Assembly: GCA_013239625.1 (NCBI GenBank)
Contig: MU053594.1
Span: 1,864,127-1,928,126, forward strand
Source: Lama guanicoe
Lineage: Eukaryota
Reading direction: 5' to 3'
Length of the DNA stretch: 64,000 nucleotides
Part shown: piece after piece, positions 1 through 12,947 of the stretch
Layout: every line of letters starts with the position of its first letter
Numbering within the stretch: position 1 is the first letter of the stretch
The notes under the pieces: generated by a model
What the model was told of the DNA's origin: nothing
Databases searched by the model: none
Seen by the model: only the letters and a program-made list of their open reading frames with translations
Made by a program: the position numbers and the translations under genes

Positions 1-720
1 ATATTTGGAGATTTTCCAGATATTTTTCTGTTATCGCTCTCTTGTTTAATTTCATAATGGTCAGAGAACACTATGTATGATTTCAGTTCTTTTAAATTTG
101 TTGAGTTTTGTCTTATGGTCAAAATATGAGCTATCTCAGTGAATGTTCCAAATGTACTTGAAAAGAATATGTACTCTATTGTCATCGGGTGAATGTTCTC
201 TAAATGTCCATCAGAAGAGTTGGCTGAGAGCGTTGTCCAGATTTTCTATATGCTTACTTGATGTTCTCGCCGCTAGTAGAATCCATTACTGCAAAAAGGA
301 CAACTGGAGAGTCATCTATTCCTTCTTTCTATTGGTCTTTACCTCTTGTATTTTTAAGCTATTATCAGGTACATACATATTTAAGACTGCATGTCTTCTT
401 GGTGAACTGATCATTTTTATCATTATATTATCTCTCTTTATACCTGTAAATATTCCTTGTTCTGAAATACATTTTACCTAATACTAATATAACCACACCA
501 GCTTTCCTTTGGTTAGTGCTTCCATGGTACATCCTTTTCCATCCTTTTACTTTTAATCTACTTATATTATTATATTTAAAGTGGGTTTCTTATAGACAGC
601 ATATAGTTGAATCTTGCTTTTTCATCCAATCTGACCATCTCTAATCTTTTAATTGATATGGTTAGGCCATTTATATTTAAGGTACTTATTATATGTTTTG
701 TTTAAAATCTATCATGTTCC
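1..720 (-). mobile_element. Old L1 (L1M-type) fragment
   Basis: T-rich antisense L1 ORF2-like sequence (e.g. ccagctttcctttggttagtg, gggtttcttatagacagcatatagttg). Confidence 0.75.
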
Positions 721-1196
721 ACAAAATATAATAAAATGATAACGGCCTCTAGGTAAATGTTTTTTAAACTCTGGTCCACAGACCAGCTACTCTGCTGAGA
801 ACTTGAATATGGTACCTCGCTCATCTTTGTAGCATCCATAACTGGGTATCATAACCCACATTTACCAATGAAGAAAAGACGTTAGGGATTAAGTATTTGG
901 CTCCTGAAGTTCCAGAGTTCATGACTGGCAGTACCAGAGTTAAAATACAGCTCTGCTTTACTCCAAAGCTATGTTTTTCCCATCAAACAAGGCCACCTCC
1001 GTATTAATATGATGCTAACAATTTTGTAAGTGGTAAAGAACTATGTAATAAAAACCAAATTGTTTTTAAAAACTCTATCATCTCCTTTATTTCTAATTGT
1101 TCCATACTTTTCTTGGCCCTTTTTTTCTCTTATCCTCTTTTTCACCCTCTTTTTCTCCCTGCCTTTGGATTGAAGGTGTTTGTGTGTGTGCATGGC

Positions 1197-1216
1197 GGGG
1201 GGGGGGGGGGGGGGGG
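1197..1216. repeat. G20 homopolymer
   Basis: Read directly from the sequence. Confidence 0.9.
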
Positions 1217-1519
1217 TTTTTTTATAGATTCTTCATTTGGATACACTGTTTCAACATGTAAATGATATTTTTAATAATGAAATATTTTACTTTTTTGCTA
1301 TTAGATTATTTTATGTTTCCTTTTTATCTCCACTATTAAATTTTTTACTTAACCTTTTAAAAATTTAGTGGTTGCTCTTGGATTTAAGTATATGTCTTTA
1401 ATTAGTCAGCTTTCAAATGATATTACACCACTTTATATGTAATATAAGAATTATAAAAGTTACAACAGTAGAGCACTTACAACAGTAAAGTCCTAATTCC
1501 TCCACCCCAATCTTCGTAC

Positions 1520-2560
1520 TTTGTACTGTGTGTCTGGAATCTTTCACTCAACATTTTCAAGATTCATCCATGTTGTAGGATGTATCAGTACTTCATTATT
1601 TTTATGGCTGAGTAATATTCCATTGTATGGATATAACAGAATTTGTTTATCCATTCATCAATTAAGGGTCATTTGGGTTGTTACCACCTCTTAGCTATTG
1701 TGAATAATACTGCTATGAACATGTGTGTACAAGATTTTTTTTGAACATTTGCTTTTAATTCTTTTGGGTATATACCTAGGAATGGAATTGCTGGGTCATA
1801 TAGTAATTCTATGTTTAACTTTTGGAAGAATCACCAAACTGTTTTCCACAGGAGCTTACCATTTTACATCCTCACCAGCAATGTATGAGAGTTCCAATTT
1901 CCCCACATCTTCACCAACACTTTTTATTTTCCATTTTTTGGAACTACCTAGTAGGCATGAAGTGGTATCTCATGGTGGTTTTGTTTGGCATTTCCCTAAT
2001 AACGAATGAGTTTAAGCATATTTTCATGTGCTTATTGGTCATTTATTTATCTTCTTTGGGGAAATGTCTATTCAAGTTCTTTTGCCCATTTGTTATCAGA
2101 TTTCTCTATCTTTTGTTGTTAAGTTGTAAAAGTTCTTCATAGATTCTTCATCCTAGACCCTTATCAGATACATGATTTTCACAAATTTTCTTTTCTGGTT
2201 GTCTTTTCACTTTCTTGATAATATCCTTCAATGCAAAATAGTTTTTAATTTTAATAAAGTCCAATTTCCCTATTTTTAGTTTTGTTACTCACTCTTCTGA
2301 TGTCTGGAATCCAAGGTCATTTGTATTTTCTCCTGTTTTCTTCTAAGAGTTTTATAGTTTCAACTCTTGTATTTAGGTCAATGATGCATTTTGAGTTAAT
2401 TTTTGTACATGGTGTGAGGTAGGGGTCCAACTCTATTTTGCATGTGGATGTCCAGTTGTCCTGGCAACATTTGCTGAAGATACTGTTAGCTGGTCAAATG
2501 ATCTTAGATGTATGTATGGATTTTATCTGAACTCTCAGTTCTATTCCAATAATCTACTGT
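1520..2560 (-). mobile_element. L1 (L1MA/MB-type) ORF2 end and 3' UTR fragment
   Basis: Typical antisense L1 motifs (ggaattgctgggtcata, caccagcaatgtatgagagttcc); ORFs 1725..2009 and 1822..2142 are its antisense translations. Confidence 0.85.
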
Positions 2561-2939
2561 ATTAATTTTTAATCTGAAATAATTATTGTTGTTGTTTTCC
2601 CTTAAGAGTAAATGGCAAGACAGAAAGTGGGTTCAGAGAGAAGATTACTCTTTCAGGAGATATGGCTGTGAAGAAAATGAGAAAGAAAGGGCATAGCCTT
2701 GCATCTTTCATAGGCCACACACTACATCAGATTATTTGCAAACAATATTTCACTTAATGCTGATAATCCTACAAGATTATCTCCATTTCATAAACACAGA
2801 AACTAAATGCAGGGATATTAATTAACACTCTTGCCCATGGTATACTCTGCTGAGGGCAACAACTGCATCCCAGATCTGTTTGATTCCATACTCTACATTT
2901 TTTCCACATTACTGTTTTGTGTACAGTTTCGGACATGAG

Positions 2940-3570
2940 TTTAAAGTGCCTTCTGACCCTATAGAGAGAGATTATCTAGTTGGTGTTCAAAAATATAGTT
3001 CTGAAGCTCAGGATAGGTTTTGAGTTAGAGATGAAACTTTTAAAATAATTGGCACACAAGAGTAGATGAAGCCATGGGAGTGGAAGAGATCACCTAAAAA
3101 GAATATGAGAAAGCCTAGGTGTAGACTACCAACGGAATGCCAGGGCATATTAACATTCGAGGGTTAGACAGAAAAGGAAAAGAACAGGAGACTGTATCTA
3201 GTTCACAAGACTGAAATCCAGTGAGGGCAGGTACCAGGTCCCTCATGTTCATCCCTACATCTCCAGTGCCTGATAAGGGTGCTACCTCATGGATGCTCAA
3301 TAAATATTTCTTGAATGAATAGCTGGTTGGCCTTGAAGCTAAAGGAGAAGAAGGCTTCCAGAAGGAGACTATTCAAGAATAGTAAATGCTTTTGAAAAGT
3401 CAACGGAAGATAAGGTTTGAGAAGTAACCACTTTGATTGTGGAGTAACTGAGTAAACCCACTCCAACTAGTGGATTAAGACGTGAATGGGAGGTTAAGGA
3501 TGAAAAAAAAAAGCAACTGCAGGCTACTCTTTCAAGAAGTTTGACATAGGAGGATACGAGAAATAAGTCC
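2940..3570. mobile_element. L2 fragments
   Basis: L2 motifs such as gaagccatgggagtggaagagatcacc and the L2 3' end ctcaataaatatttcttgaatgaat. Confidence 0.6.
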
Positions 3571-4757
3571 ATAGCTAGAGGGCTAAGCAAGTTACACGTG
3601 TTTGTGTTTTTAGATGAGAAACATTTCAACTTATTTGTAAATATAAACATTAGACTAACATCCTAGTTTATAAGAAGCTGCAGTATTTTAAATAGGTAAT
3701 TCATATACACAAGAGAATTATTCCAGGGAGGGAGAAATTTATTAGATTTTTGAAAAAGAATTTCCAAATATGTTAGACCTACGTACATTGGCAGTATATA
3801 CAAACTGAAGAAAGTATTGAAGAGGATAACAATAAAATAAAAAGCCTACCAAGAAAACAGAAATGACTGGTTCAAAACATTATGCTAGAAAAAGAAACGG
3901 ACACAAATTCTGGTACTAACATAATCTGTTTCATTCCCAGTGTAAATACCTCATTCAAGAGGAAAAGATATCTGGAGGCTTGAGAATGCTGCTCCCTTTC
4001 ACATCTGTGCAAATGCCTTAAGTGTTTTACTTTAGATTTTCTTTATTAATGTAGGTTTAGAAATTATATATTTAACATACAGAACTGGTTATGGTCAGCT
4101 TTTTACTATTCGGGTTTTTACAAATTATTATTTAGGTACTTTTAGACTAGGCCTGTGTAAACTATAAAAGATTTAAAAAAAAAGTGAATGTTATTAAACC
4201 AAAAAGTAAGATATAAAGTAGAATAGAAATTACCAGGCAGGGTAGATTTCCAACATGTGGGGATTAACAAGGGAAAAAATGTAATGAGAGGGCATACAGC
4301 AGGTTAAAACAAACTGAATGACCTACGCTATGCACTCCAAGTTTTAAGGGAAGTACCCAAAGAAATTAAACTTCCTGCCTCTATGAAGAACTGTAAATTT
4401 TCTGTTATTTGGGACTTTAGGATGATTTGTATGTGAGCTTGTTGTTGTATATCTTGCTTTGTTTGGTATAACTGTTTTGAGCTTGTGTATTTTCCAAACG
4501 TATTTTAGCCTCTCCGAGTTGGTAGCAACCTGCAAATGACTAAATGGTACCTGGAGTAATGGTGGTGGTGGTGATGATGGTATGTGTCTTCAAAGTCTTG
4601 GAAATAACCCAATTCTAGCATTGCTACAGAAATAACATATTCTAAGAGCGAAGTACTACAAGAAAAATTCTATCTCCAAAATAATAGTAGCACAAGAAGC
4701 ACTGAATTTCTGATCTAATATGCTAAGGGTCCTTACTGAGCAATAGCGAGTACTTAC

Positions 4758-4824
4758 TTGAATTTGGGGGCCAGGACTCCCGGTATTCACTACTTGCTTG
4801 AGTTCTGGGGGACTTAACCCGAAC
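4758..4824 (-). CDS. DIXDC1: DIXDC1 exon 17 (VRVKSPRTQASSEYRESWPPNS); the DIX-domain exons lie outside the window
   Basis: 67 nt, acceptor CCCCAG, donor A|GTAAGT; no further DIXDC1 exon recognised in 1-4757. Confidence 0.95.
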
Positions 4825-5342
4825 CTGGGGAGCCACACAAAAATCATAAAAGTTATGATTAATGGGAGAAATTTAACCAAGAAATTTAAATCAGAAAAGT
4901 GTACCTAAAGTATATGCTTTTTGACCACATCTTCTTCCACGGTATGTGAAATTGGTCGTACTTACCCTAACAATAACAATGCACATTTATAAAAAGCTTT
5001 CTAGTTTCCAATGTGTTTTCCTATATATTTCCTCAACCAATGCCAAGCTCATATGAGGGGGAAGAGGACGAGGAACAAGCAGTAAAGAGGGACCTGTGGG
5101 GACAAGAACCACGATTCCTAAGACAGTTACGCAGTTGCTAAGAGCAAGAGTTATGGTGAACTCCCTCCCTGGACTGACTGCCTGACCACGGTAAAGAGTC
5201 AGCTCCCGTGAGACAAAAACCAAAGAGAAAAGCAACTGTCACCTTCGGCAGGGTCTTCCATCTCAGCACTGCCTTCTCCTACACTAAACTTGATAAGACT
5301 AAGCTTCTCCGGGAGGTAAGAGAAACACCATAGAAAGATTAC

Positions 5343-5504
5343 CCTTCTTTCCTGCTTCCTCTGGGTCTCCACGGCGTGCAGGCGCTCCATGAGGCTGGCG
5401 ATGCCCTGCTCCAGGCTGTCGATGGTGTGGTGCTGAGGGTCGTGGCCACTGAAGCTGTTGCGCAAGCTGCGGAGGGCATCACGAACAAGCTGCAGGTCGC
5501 TGGT
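5343..5504 (-). CDS. DIXDC1: DIXDC1 exon 16 ([54 protein letters not shown])
   Basis: 162 nt, acceptor CCGCAG, donor AGG|GTAATC. Confidence 0.97.
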
Positions 5505-5837
5505 CTGCGGGCAAAACCACAGTGCCATTATTACTAACCACGCCCCAACCGCTGCGCTTAAGAAGACACCGGCGAGAGGCTTCCAGGAGAGATCTTTCAT
5601 TTTGGAAGGAGGAGGTGTGAGCTGGAGGAAATGTTCCTCCACAGAAGCAGGCTGTGTGCACTGTTTGCCCACTAATTCTTACCTTTGGATGGCAAGTGTC
5701 CCACATCTTTACACACCCAACAGAAGCAAGAAGTAGGCAGCCGGGATATAAAAGGCCTCATCTCCTGGCAACGGCTAGGGTACTCGTCTGGCTTTAGCTG
5801 GAAGCAGCAGGTTTCTACTCAAATCCTAAGGACCTAC

Positions 5838-5927
5838 CCCTCTGTGAGTGACTGAAGGAGCTCCTTTTCCTGCCGCGGGAAGGAGAAACCCGTTGCTTTG
5901 AGAGTTGTGACTATTGTAGTTGGTCAC
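5838..5927 (-). CDS. DIXDC1: DIXDC1 exon 15 (VTNYNSHNSQSNGFLLPAAGKGAPSVTHRG)
   Basis: 90 nt, acceptor CAATAG, donor GGG|GTAGGT. Confidence 0.94.
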
Positions 5928-6264
5928 CTATTGCGGCAAGAAGAAAGGATGCTTGTTATAAAAGAGAATTCCAACCCAGGGTGTCCGGTCTTATTTTTCT
6001 TCTTTACTTTGATCACCTCCTGCCACAGGATATAATTACGTATTTATTTAATGTCTCTGTTAGAATCTAGGCCTCATGAGTGCAGAGATTTTTTTTTCCC
6101 CTTTTGTTCACTGCTGTATCCCCAGTACTTGACACTCAAAAGGCACTGTTGAGTGCAGAGTGAACAAGATGGAAACCTCAGCCTGGAGGCCCCCACCGAG
6201 CCTCTGCCCGGCTACTGGAGGGTCCAAGGATGCTGCTCCAGCATCTCCTGCCTTTGCTTCAGTA

Positions 6265-6530
6265 ATAGAAGGAAAATAGAACAATGATTAATATTTTCTG
6301 AGCCCAACTCTGCGCCAGGTGGGTCTCCCGGGACTGTGTTTAATTACTTAGCAGACTATCTTATGTATTCTTCATAATGACAGAGAAGGCCACTGTTATT
6401 AACATTTTACAAATGAGCCTTATCTCTCAGTCTCGGAAGCTAATAAGCAAATTAAGGTCACACAATGGCAAGCAAGTGATACAGCTGGCTTCTGAGACCA
6501 GATTTTCTTATCCCGGAACCTATACTCTTA
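6265..6530 (-). mobile_element. MIR SINE
   Basis: MIR-like core (attttacaaatgag...aaggtcacacaa...gcaagtga). Confidence 0.55.
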
Positions 6531-6653
6531 ACGTCCTCACCAAAGGGCCTCCTGACAAACCGACCTGTGGCCTTGGTTCAGCCCTGAGTCAGAAACAGAA
6601 TCTCCCTCTTTGCCCTTGTGACTGTGGGAGGGAGACCCCGACATGTAGGTTAC

Positions 6654-6725
6654 CTCCTCTGCCTCTCTTTTCATACAGTGGGCCAAAAGGACGTCTTTGT
6701 GCTCCAGCTCCCGCTCCAGATCCAC
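6654..6725 (-). CDS. DIXDC1: DIXDC1 exon 14 (VDLERELEHKDVLLAHCMKREAEE)
   Basis: 72 nt, acceptor TTGCAG, donor GAG|GTAACC. Confidence 0.96.
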
Positions 6726-6805
6726 CTGCAAATCAGACACTAGATCAGAAAAGGATTCCTTCAGGTCAGAGGGGCAGGAAAGTTGGCGGCCGAACACGTT
6801 CCCAC

Positions 6806-6898
6806 CCGCTGGTAACTGGCCTCAGAGAGTTTCCGAAGTGCTTCCTCCAGCTTGGCCTGCTGCTGCTGCAGGAGGCGGTCCTTCTGCCCCAGCTCCTT
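6806..6898 (-). CDS. DIXDC1: DIXDC1 exon 13 ([31 protein letters not shown])
   Basis: 93 nt, acceptor TTGCAG, donor CGG|GTGGGA; followed by an 80-nt intron. Confidence 0.94.
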
Positions 6899-7369
6899 CT
6901 GCAACAAGAGACAGAGCTTTCAGATGCAGGGCAAAGCCAAGGACATCCAACAGTTCACCTTCTGTGATGCACTTTCCACCTGAGGAGCATAGAGCCTCAG
7001 AGGGAACAGTCCCTTCCTGGAGCTTCCCGGGAAGACATTACACACTGTAGTGGCTGCACACAGAGCAGGATTCTGGGAAAGGTAAGGAGGAAGGGAACAG
7101 CCTTTTGTAGGAGGACCGCTACGTGCCACCCATGCTGGTTACAGACAGAAGGGAAGACTGAACACAAGGTTCCAGACTCTTAGTTCTGTGTTCCTTCTCC
7201 TAACCATGCTATCTTCAGGATCAGTGAATCAAGGGAACCCAGGAAAGAATTTCCTTACAGAAATCAAGGATGAGGACAGAGTACTTAAGAGCTCTTTGAA
7301 CAACAGCAACAATAGATTGTTCATAAAAGGTCAGGTGGAAATTACTTCCAAACTGATACACAGTCTTAC

Positions 7370-7423
7370 TTTATATTCTCCCAAGAGCCGGTTCCTCTCC
7401 TCAAGCTTTCTCTGCAGATCCAC
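7370..7423 (-). CDS. DIXDC1: DIXDC1 exon 12 (VDLQRKLEERNRLLGEYK)
   Basis: 54 nt, acceptor TTGCAG, donor AAA|GTAAGA. Confidence 0.96.
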
Positions 7424-7835
7424 CTGCAAGGAGCATAAGAAAGCATTCACTGGCATGGAGGGTATCTGCCAACCCGGCTGGAAACCAGCTACTTCGTAAC
7501 TGGAGTTGATGCTGGCAGTTACAGCATACATCACAGAGAGGGTACGGCTATGGTAAAAAAACACACAGCTGCTCTCCGTGTCTTTAGTGAGATAATCAGA
7601 CTGTAGAACCACGATGCAGCCTCAGTGTCTCAGTGTCCTCAAAGCTGGAGGGGTCAAAGCCTTCATCTAGGAACAGAGAGGAGCCTGATGGGGAACAAAA
7701 GAACTGCAGATTCCGAGGGCAGGCATCGCAGAAGTAAGATGAGAGAAAACAGGATGGCAGATCTAACAGGACTTCACGCCATATGCTATTTTGCTACTGG
7801 GCTCAGTGAAGTCCAAGTTCACTCTTTCAACTCAC

Positions 7836-7940
7836 ATTCTGGTTGTGCAGCTCATCTCTGTCCATATTTGCCCTCAGTAGTTCTTGTTTGAGCTGAAGGA
7901 CAGATGTGTCCTGCTGAGTCAGCCTCTGCTGCAAGGCATC
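7836..7940 (-). CDS. DIXDC1: DIXDC1 exon 11 ([35 protein letters not shown]), coiled coil
   Basis: 105 nt, acceptor TCCCAG, donor AAT|GTGAGT. Confidence 0.96.
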
Positions 7941-10143
7941 CTGGGAAGAAAGCACACTCACTACTGGTCCCAACTCATCAATCAGCCAGTTGTTACTAAA
8001 CCCCCTACTGTGTATCTAGCACTGGTTCTGGCAAACTGGGAGACAGATAGAGCGCCACAAGGAGGTGAGCCGGGATTCTTCTGTCCCCTTCCAGGACACC
8101 AAAGGAGAATCCTACCCGCTGTCCTACCGAGCTGACCGAAGCCTGATTTTCCCTCCACCCATTACGCGCCCCTACCTCCTGCTGCGTTGCTGGCAGCATG
8201 GTGGACTAGAGGGAGAATAAGTGGCCTTTGGGATCAGACAGAACAAGACTCAAATTACATGTCTACCACCTGCTTTTGTGACATGACCTTGGACAATGCA
8301 CTTGCCTCCTTCCCTCCCTGGCTTTCTCATCTGTATCTTGGGCCAATAAATACTCAGTCTAGATGAGCATTTCTTCCTTCTTTTCTGCCAAGTCCCTATT
8401 TCCCAGAGGGCTGGGCTCTATCACTGCCTGACACCCAGGTCATATAGGAGCCCTGGAACTGCTCCCACCCCGCCTTCCAGAGCCCTGCTCCTGCCCTGCT
8501 TCCACTGCCTTCCAGTGCCGAGTCTGGACCAGGACTGGGATTCTGCTTCCATGCTCAGAACTGTTCTGAGACTGATGGTTCCTCTTCCCAGTGTCATCGG
8601 GTCTTAATAGCTTTAGGCTCTCTTTCTCTCAGCTTGGACCATCTTGGTTCCTACCAGGCGTAAGAAAAGGCAGGGCTGTACACACTTAAAAGGACTGTAC
8701 ACACAGTCCTCCAGCCATGGCACTTCAAATGGAATGAATGGACTGGAGCTGCATCCCAGCAGGTTTGCCCTGACTTTTCCTTCTTTACAGACTGCAAAGA
8801 AATGAGGGCAGGATCTGGAGAATGTGGGAGCCCATTCTTAAGTATGCTGTCTGCATGACAGTTCATGGTAAGGTGGGCTAAGATGCCCTTGGCATCAGTG
8901 GTTCAGAGGAACATTTCCCAAAGCGTGCTCCACGGGATGTTAACAAGCATTACACAGACAAAGCACTTCTGTGGTTAATACTCCAAATTTTTTTAAGGCC
9001 AACCTCTCTATGACAGACCTTCTCTCATCCTTTAATATGTTTTTGTTCACTGTGACTCTTTAAGCCTGTAGGGCATTTCTCAGATTTACTCATGCATGGA
9101 ACATGCTGTTCTCTGGAGTATCTCAAGAGACTAAGGCTACAGAATAGACTCTGGTAAATGCTGCTGAGTTATATTCTAGTCTTGCCCATGAAATGAGTGT
9201 AGGGAAGAGAGCAAATGCAGCAGCTAAAGAGCATCCTTTTCCACTTCTAGGTATTTATTTAACACATATGCTTCCATTTGGATGAAATAACATATATTCA
9301 AGATTATTAGCTAGATCACTGTTTGTATTAGCAAGAGACTGGAAATAACCCAGAAAACTATCAATAGGAACTGACTAAATAAATGATTATGTATACACAT
9401 ACTGGAATACTATGCAGCCCCAAAAAGACCTAGAAAAGTCTTTATTACTGAAATAGGATGATCTCTAAGATATAATGCTAAGCAAAAAAGGCAACGTGTC
9501 GAGCTGAATTTATAGCATACCATTATTTCGGGGAAAATTGTATACATCCATATTTGATGACAACTGTTGCTTCCAGGAAAAAGAACTAAGTGACTGGGAG
9601 GACAGGGCTGGAAGGCAGACTTCTCAAGGATTATTCTTTGATACTTTTTAAAATATTTTTTAATGAATAGTATCTGTAATTGAGCAGCTTTGAACTCAAG
9701 TAGATGATTCTTTGATACCTTTTTAACTGTAAAACATTTGAATGTTACTAACTATTCAAAAACTAAGTAAATTACAATTTTAAGAGTATATTCTTCTTTA
9801 GAAATGAGGAAAACTGACCAAAAACTGAGAGTGAAGGAAACTGTAAAAACTGACTGTTTTCACATATAGACACAATCAAGGTGGCAGAGGGACATGACCA
9901 TGAGTCATAACCACCAGAAATAAGCCTTAGCAAAACAAAGGTACATTCCTCAACCTCTCTCACTTTCCATCCACAAAGTCCTCTCTTTCCTAGTAGCACA
10001 GAGCCTGTGAAGTGCACATCAAATGTACATCAAATGGATACCAGAAAAGACTGCAGGACCCACCTATTGCACCAGTACCCACTCACCCACTGCTTTACGT
10101 TGTAGAGAGTTTATTTAAAAAGTCAAATGTCTTTCTTTTTTAC

Positions 10144-10194
10144 CTTTATCCCCTGTAAGTTTCTGGCTTCTTGTTTATATTTCAGCAGCTCTTT
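10144..10194 (-). CDS. DIXDC1: DIXDC1 exon 10 (KELLKYKQEARNLQGIK)
   Basis: 51 nt, acceptor TTGCAG, donor AAG|GTAAAA; manual translation. Confidence 0.95.
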
Positions 10195-11049
10195 CTGCAA
10201 ACCAAATATAGTTAGATCAGATGGTAGCAGCTGGGTTGCTTCAGAAGCATTACCTCATCCTGTCAGTACGAACACATAGCTCGGATAAACATTCCAAGAA
10301 AAATCAACCCTCGATGGAGACAGAAGGCAGGTTTGGTCCAACAAACAGTAAAGGCTGATCCGTAGGAACAAATAGGGCCCATTCCATTCTTCCCTGTGGC
10401 CCCCAGACTCAGAGGCCCAGCTGCCCAGCTCAACCACCCATGGTTTTTCTTGCCAAGAAAGAAGACATCATACATTCCCATAGGCTCTCATTCTTATGTT
10501 TAACAATCTTCACGGACAGGAAAACTTAATCGTAATCATCTAAATCCCTCACTGAAATATATGATCATATCCTAATATGCCTACCTCCCAATTTCATGAA
10601 ATAATGATCTTCAGGTTTAATGTTCAGAAAGAGTTTGCGTGCTTTTGTTCTCCAAAAAGGTATTGCTCTTTACGGACCACACGAAAACATATTTAGTCCA
10701 GTAATAAGATACTAGGTAGTTAACCCTCCCTTACAATAGATTAAATATATATATATGATTGTCACTAGGAAAGAGACTTTAGGAGGAACACCCATAACTC
10801 AGACTCCACTTTCTTCTTTTCCTATTGCATCGCATCAAGAGTTTGGAATTAACGTGGCTAAAACGGGGATCCACAGATGGGCTTCAAAGTTACTCCAGTC
10901 AAAACTCAAGTCGGTGAGTGGGTGTGCATGCGTATTTCTGGGGAGAGGATTAGTGGCTTCAGTCATATGCTTATGACTTCAGAAAAACTAAGACCCATTG
11001 ACCTGAAAGACTCCTGAGAAACATTCATTAAAAAAGACCACACTGGACC

Positions 11050-11250
11050 ATAGTTAATAATACTGTACTGTATATTTGCAAGTTGCTGGAAGAGTAGATC
11101 TTAAAAGTTCCAACAAGAAAAAAAAATTGTTAATTACGCATGATGACAGATGTTAACTAGGTTTATTGTGTTTATTTCACAACATACACATATATCAGAT
11201 CAATATGTTGCCTGAAACTAATATGATGTTACGTCAACTATTAAAAAAAG
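11050..11250 (+). mobile_element. L1MA-type 3' end fragment
   Basis: gagagtagatcttaaaagttc-like and gaaactaatatgatgtta...aaaaaa terminal motifs. Confidence 0.7.
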
Positions 11251-11550
11251 ACCGTATTGATATTTGATCCATTTTTATTTTAATTAAAAAAGATAAACAA
11301 TAAAACATTTCAAGCACAGAAAGGTGTAAGCAATAATGACGTAGATACCTATTACTCACCACCAAGATTAAAAAGGTATTACCCTTTTGTCATGTTTAGG
11401 ACCCATCTCTCTTTCAATTAAAGATGTAATACAGATACAGCTGAAGTCTTAAGTCTGCATCCCTTCCCCTCTCCCCACTACCGTCCTGAAGCTGGTGTGT
11501 AACTTTTCCAAAATGTTTTCAAAGGGTAAAATGTGCATTTCCTGACATAC

Positions 11551-11604
11551 CTTGAGGTCCTGATTCTCCTCCACACTCTGATCCAGACGACTTTGGATTA
11601 TAAT
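11551..11604 (-). CDS. DIXDC1: DIXDC1 exon 9 (IIIQSRLDQSVEENQDLK)
   Basis: 54 nt, acceptor ATTCAG, donor AAG|GTATGT; manual translation. Confidence 0.95.
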
Positions 11605-11968
11605 CTGAATATAAAGCAAAAAGAGATGGTTCTGTGCCTACACTGTACAATTCAGAAGTCATTCATTCAACAAATGTTTATTGAGCAGTTACTGCTTGCC
11701 AGCCCTGTACTGTGGCTGCAAAGGACAGGAAACAGTCCCTGGCCCCTAGTGGACACATGCCCAGGGCGGAGCAAGCTGTTGAACGTGGGCAAAGCTGAGA
11801 ATGAGTGTGTGTGTTGTGTGCAGGGGGTTGGGCAAGGGGCTGGGCAATGAGAAAGAGAGATGACAAGAGATGGAGCTGGAGGGGAAATGGAGCAGGGTCA
11901 TGAAGGGCAATGGGGAATTGATGAAAAGTTTTAGGCAAAGGGATGTCAAAACAAAGTTTGCTTTGAAG

Positions 11969-12443
11969 TGCCAACTAAAAATTGGCACTTGCCACCTGCT
12001 GCTACAAGGATTAAATCACGAACCACCGCAGCCACTGACCTTCAACACACCCTGAAAGGGGTGCAGGGCAGAGATGAGGAATGAGGCGCTCTGTGCTCTG
12101 CAAAAAACTGGCAGAACAGGCCTTCAGATAGACATTTTCAGGAGAAGATTTTATGACCCCAAATTCTTGCATCTCCTCATAGCTAGAAAGGCACTAAAAT
12201 CATTCATGGTGACATCTGCTCCTCGTGACCAACAGCAAGCCTCTGCCTAAATGTGTGCGTGACTGCACGTACCTCCCTTCACTAAAATCACATATAATAC
12301 TGACACACACACGCCCCACCACCTCTCCGGAGCAGTTTCTCAGAGCTCTCTGAGATGCCATCTCCCAGGCTACAGCCCTCATTTTGCCCCAAACAAAACT
12401 TAACTCACAACTCTCACATTGTGGGATTTTATTTCATTTGACT
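11969..12443 (+). mobile_element. Solo ERV1-class LTR (MER41-like, cetartiodactyl type) inserted in an L2
   Basis: Starts TG, 4-bp TSD GAAG at 11965-11968 and 12444-12447; 3' part cagtttctcagagct...cctcattttgccccaaa. Confidence 0.8.
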
Positions 12444-12947
12444 GAAGGTACAATATTCTTGCTATTTTATCGAAAATGAATTAGGGGAGGACAGAAGAGG
12501 AACCAGGAAAACCAGTTAGAAGGCCGCTAGAATACTGGATGAAGGTCTGAATGAGGGGAGTGGCTGGAGTAGAGGATGGAGAAAACTGGATGAAGACACT
12601 TGAAAAATAAACGGATAAAGCTTTCTGGTTCAGTGGATATGCAGGGAAGGGTCACAAAGGATTCAAGGATGGAATTCAGACTTGCTTTGGGTATTTGGGT
12701 AGACGGATAGTGATTAAAAAAAAAATAGAACCCTAAAGGACAAGTAGTTTTGGGGGTGGGAAAGACAGAAGGGAGAGAAAGCTGTTTAATTTAGGACTCA
12801 TTGAAACTGAGATGCTTATGGGACGTATAAGTGGAAATAATCAACAGGCAGTTGCATTTACAAATGCAGGACTCCATGGAGAGAGTGAGCTGGAAATAAA
12901 CATTTGAGCGACAACATATGAGACAGGTGGGAAGTGAGTGAAGCCAC

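Noticed and set aside
6726..6805. Retention of the 80-nt intron 13 as a coding isoform
   Set aside because: Not a multiple of 3 and contains an in-frame TGA; no supporting evidence.
7023..7034. 12-bp palindrome CTTCCCGGGAAG (STAT6-like TTC-N4-GAA)
   Set aside because: Isolated short motif that can arise by chance, with no supporting context.
6377..7050. + strand 196-aa and 117-aa ORFs
   Set aside because: Antisense shadows of DIXDC1 exons 13-14 plus MIR sequence.
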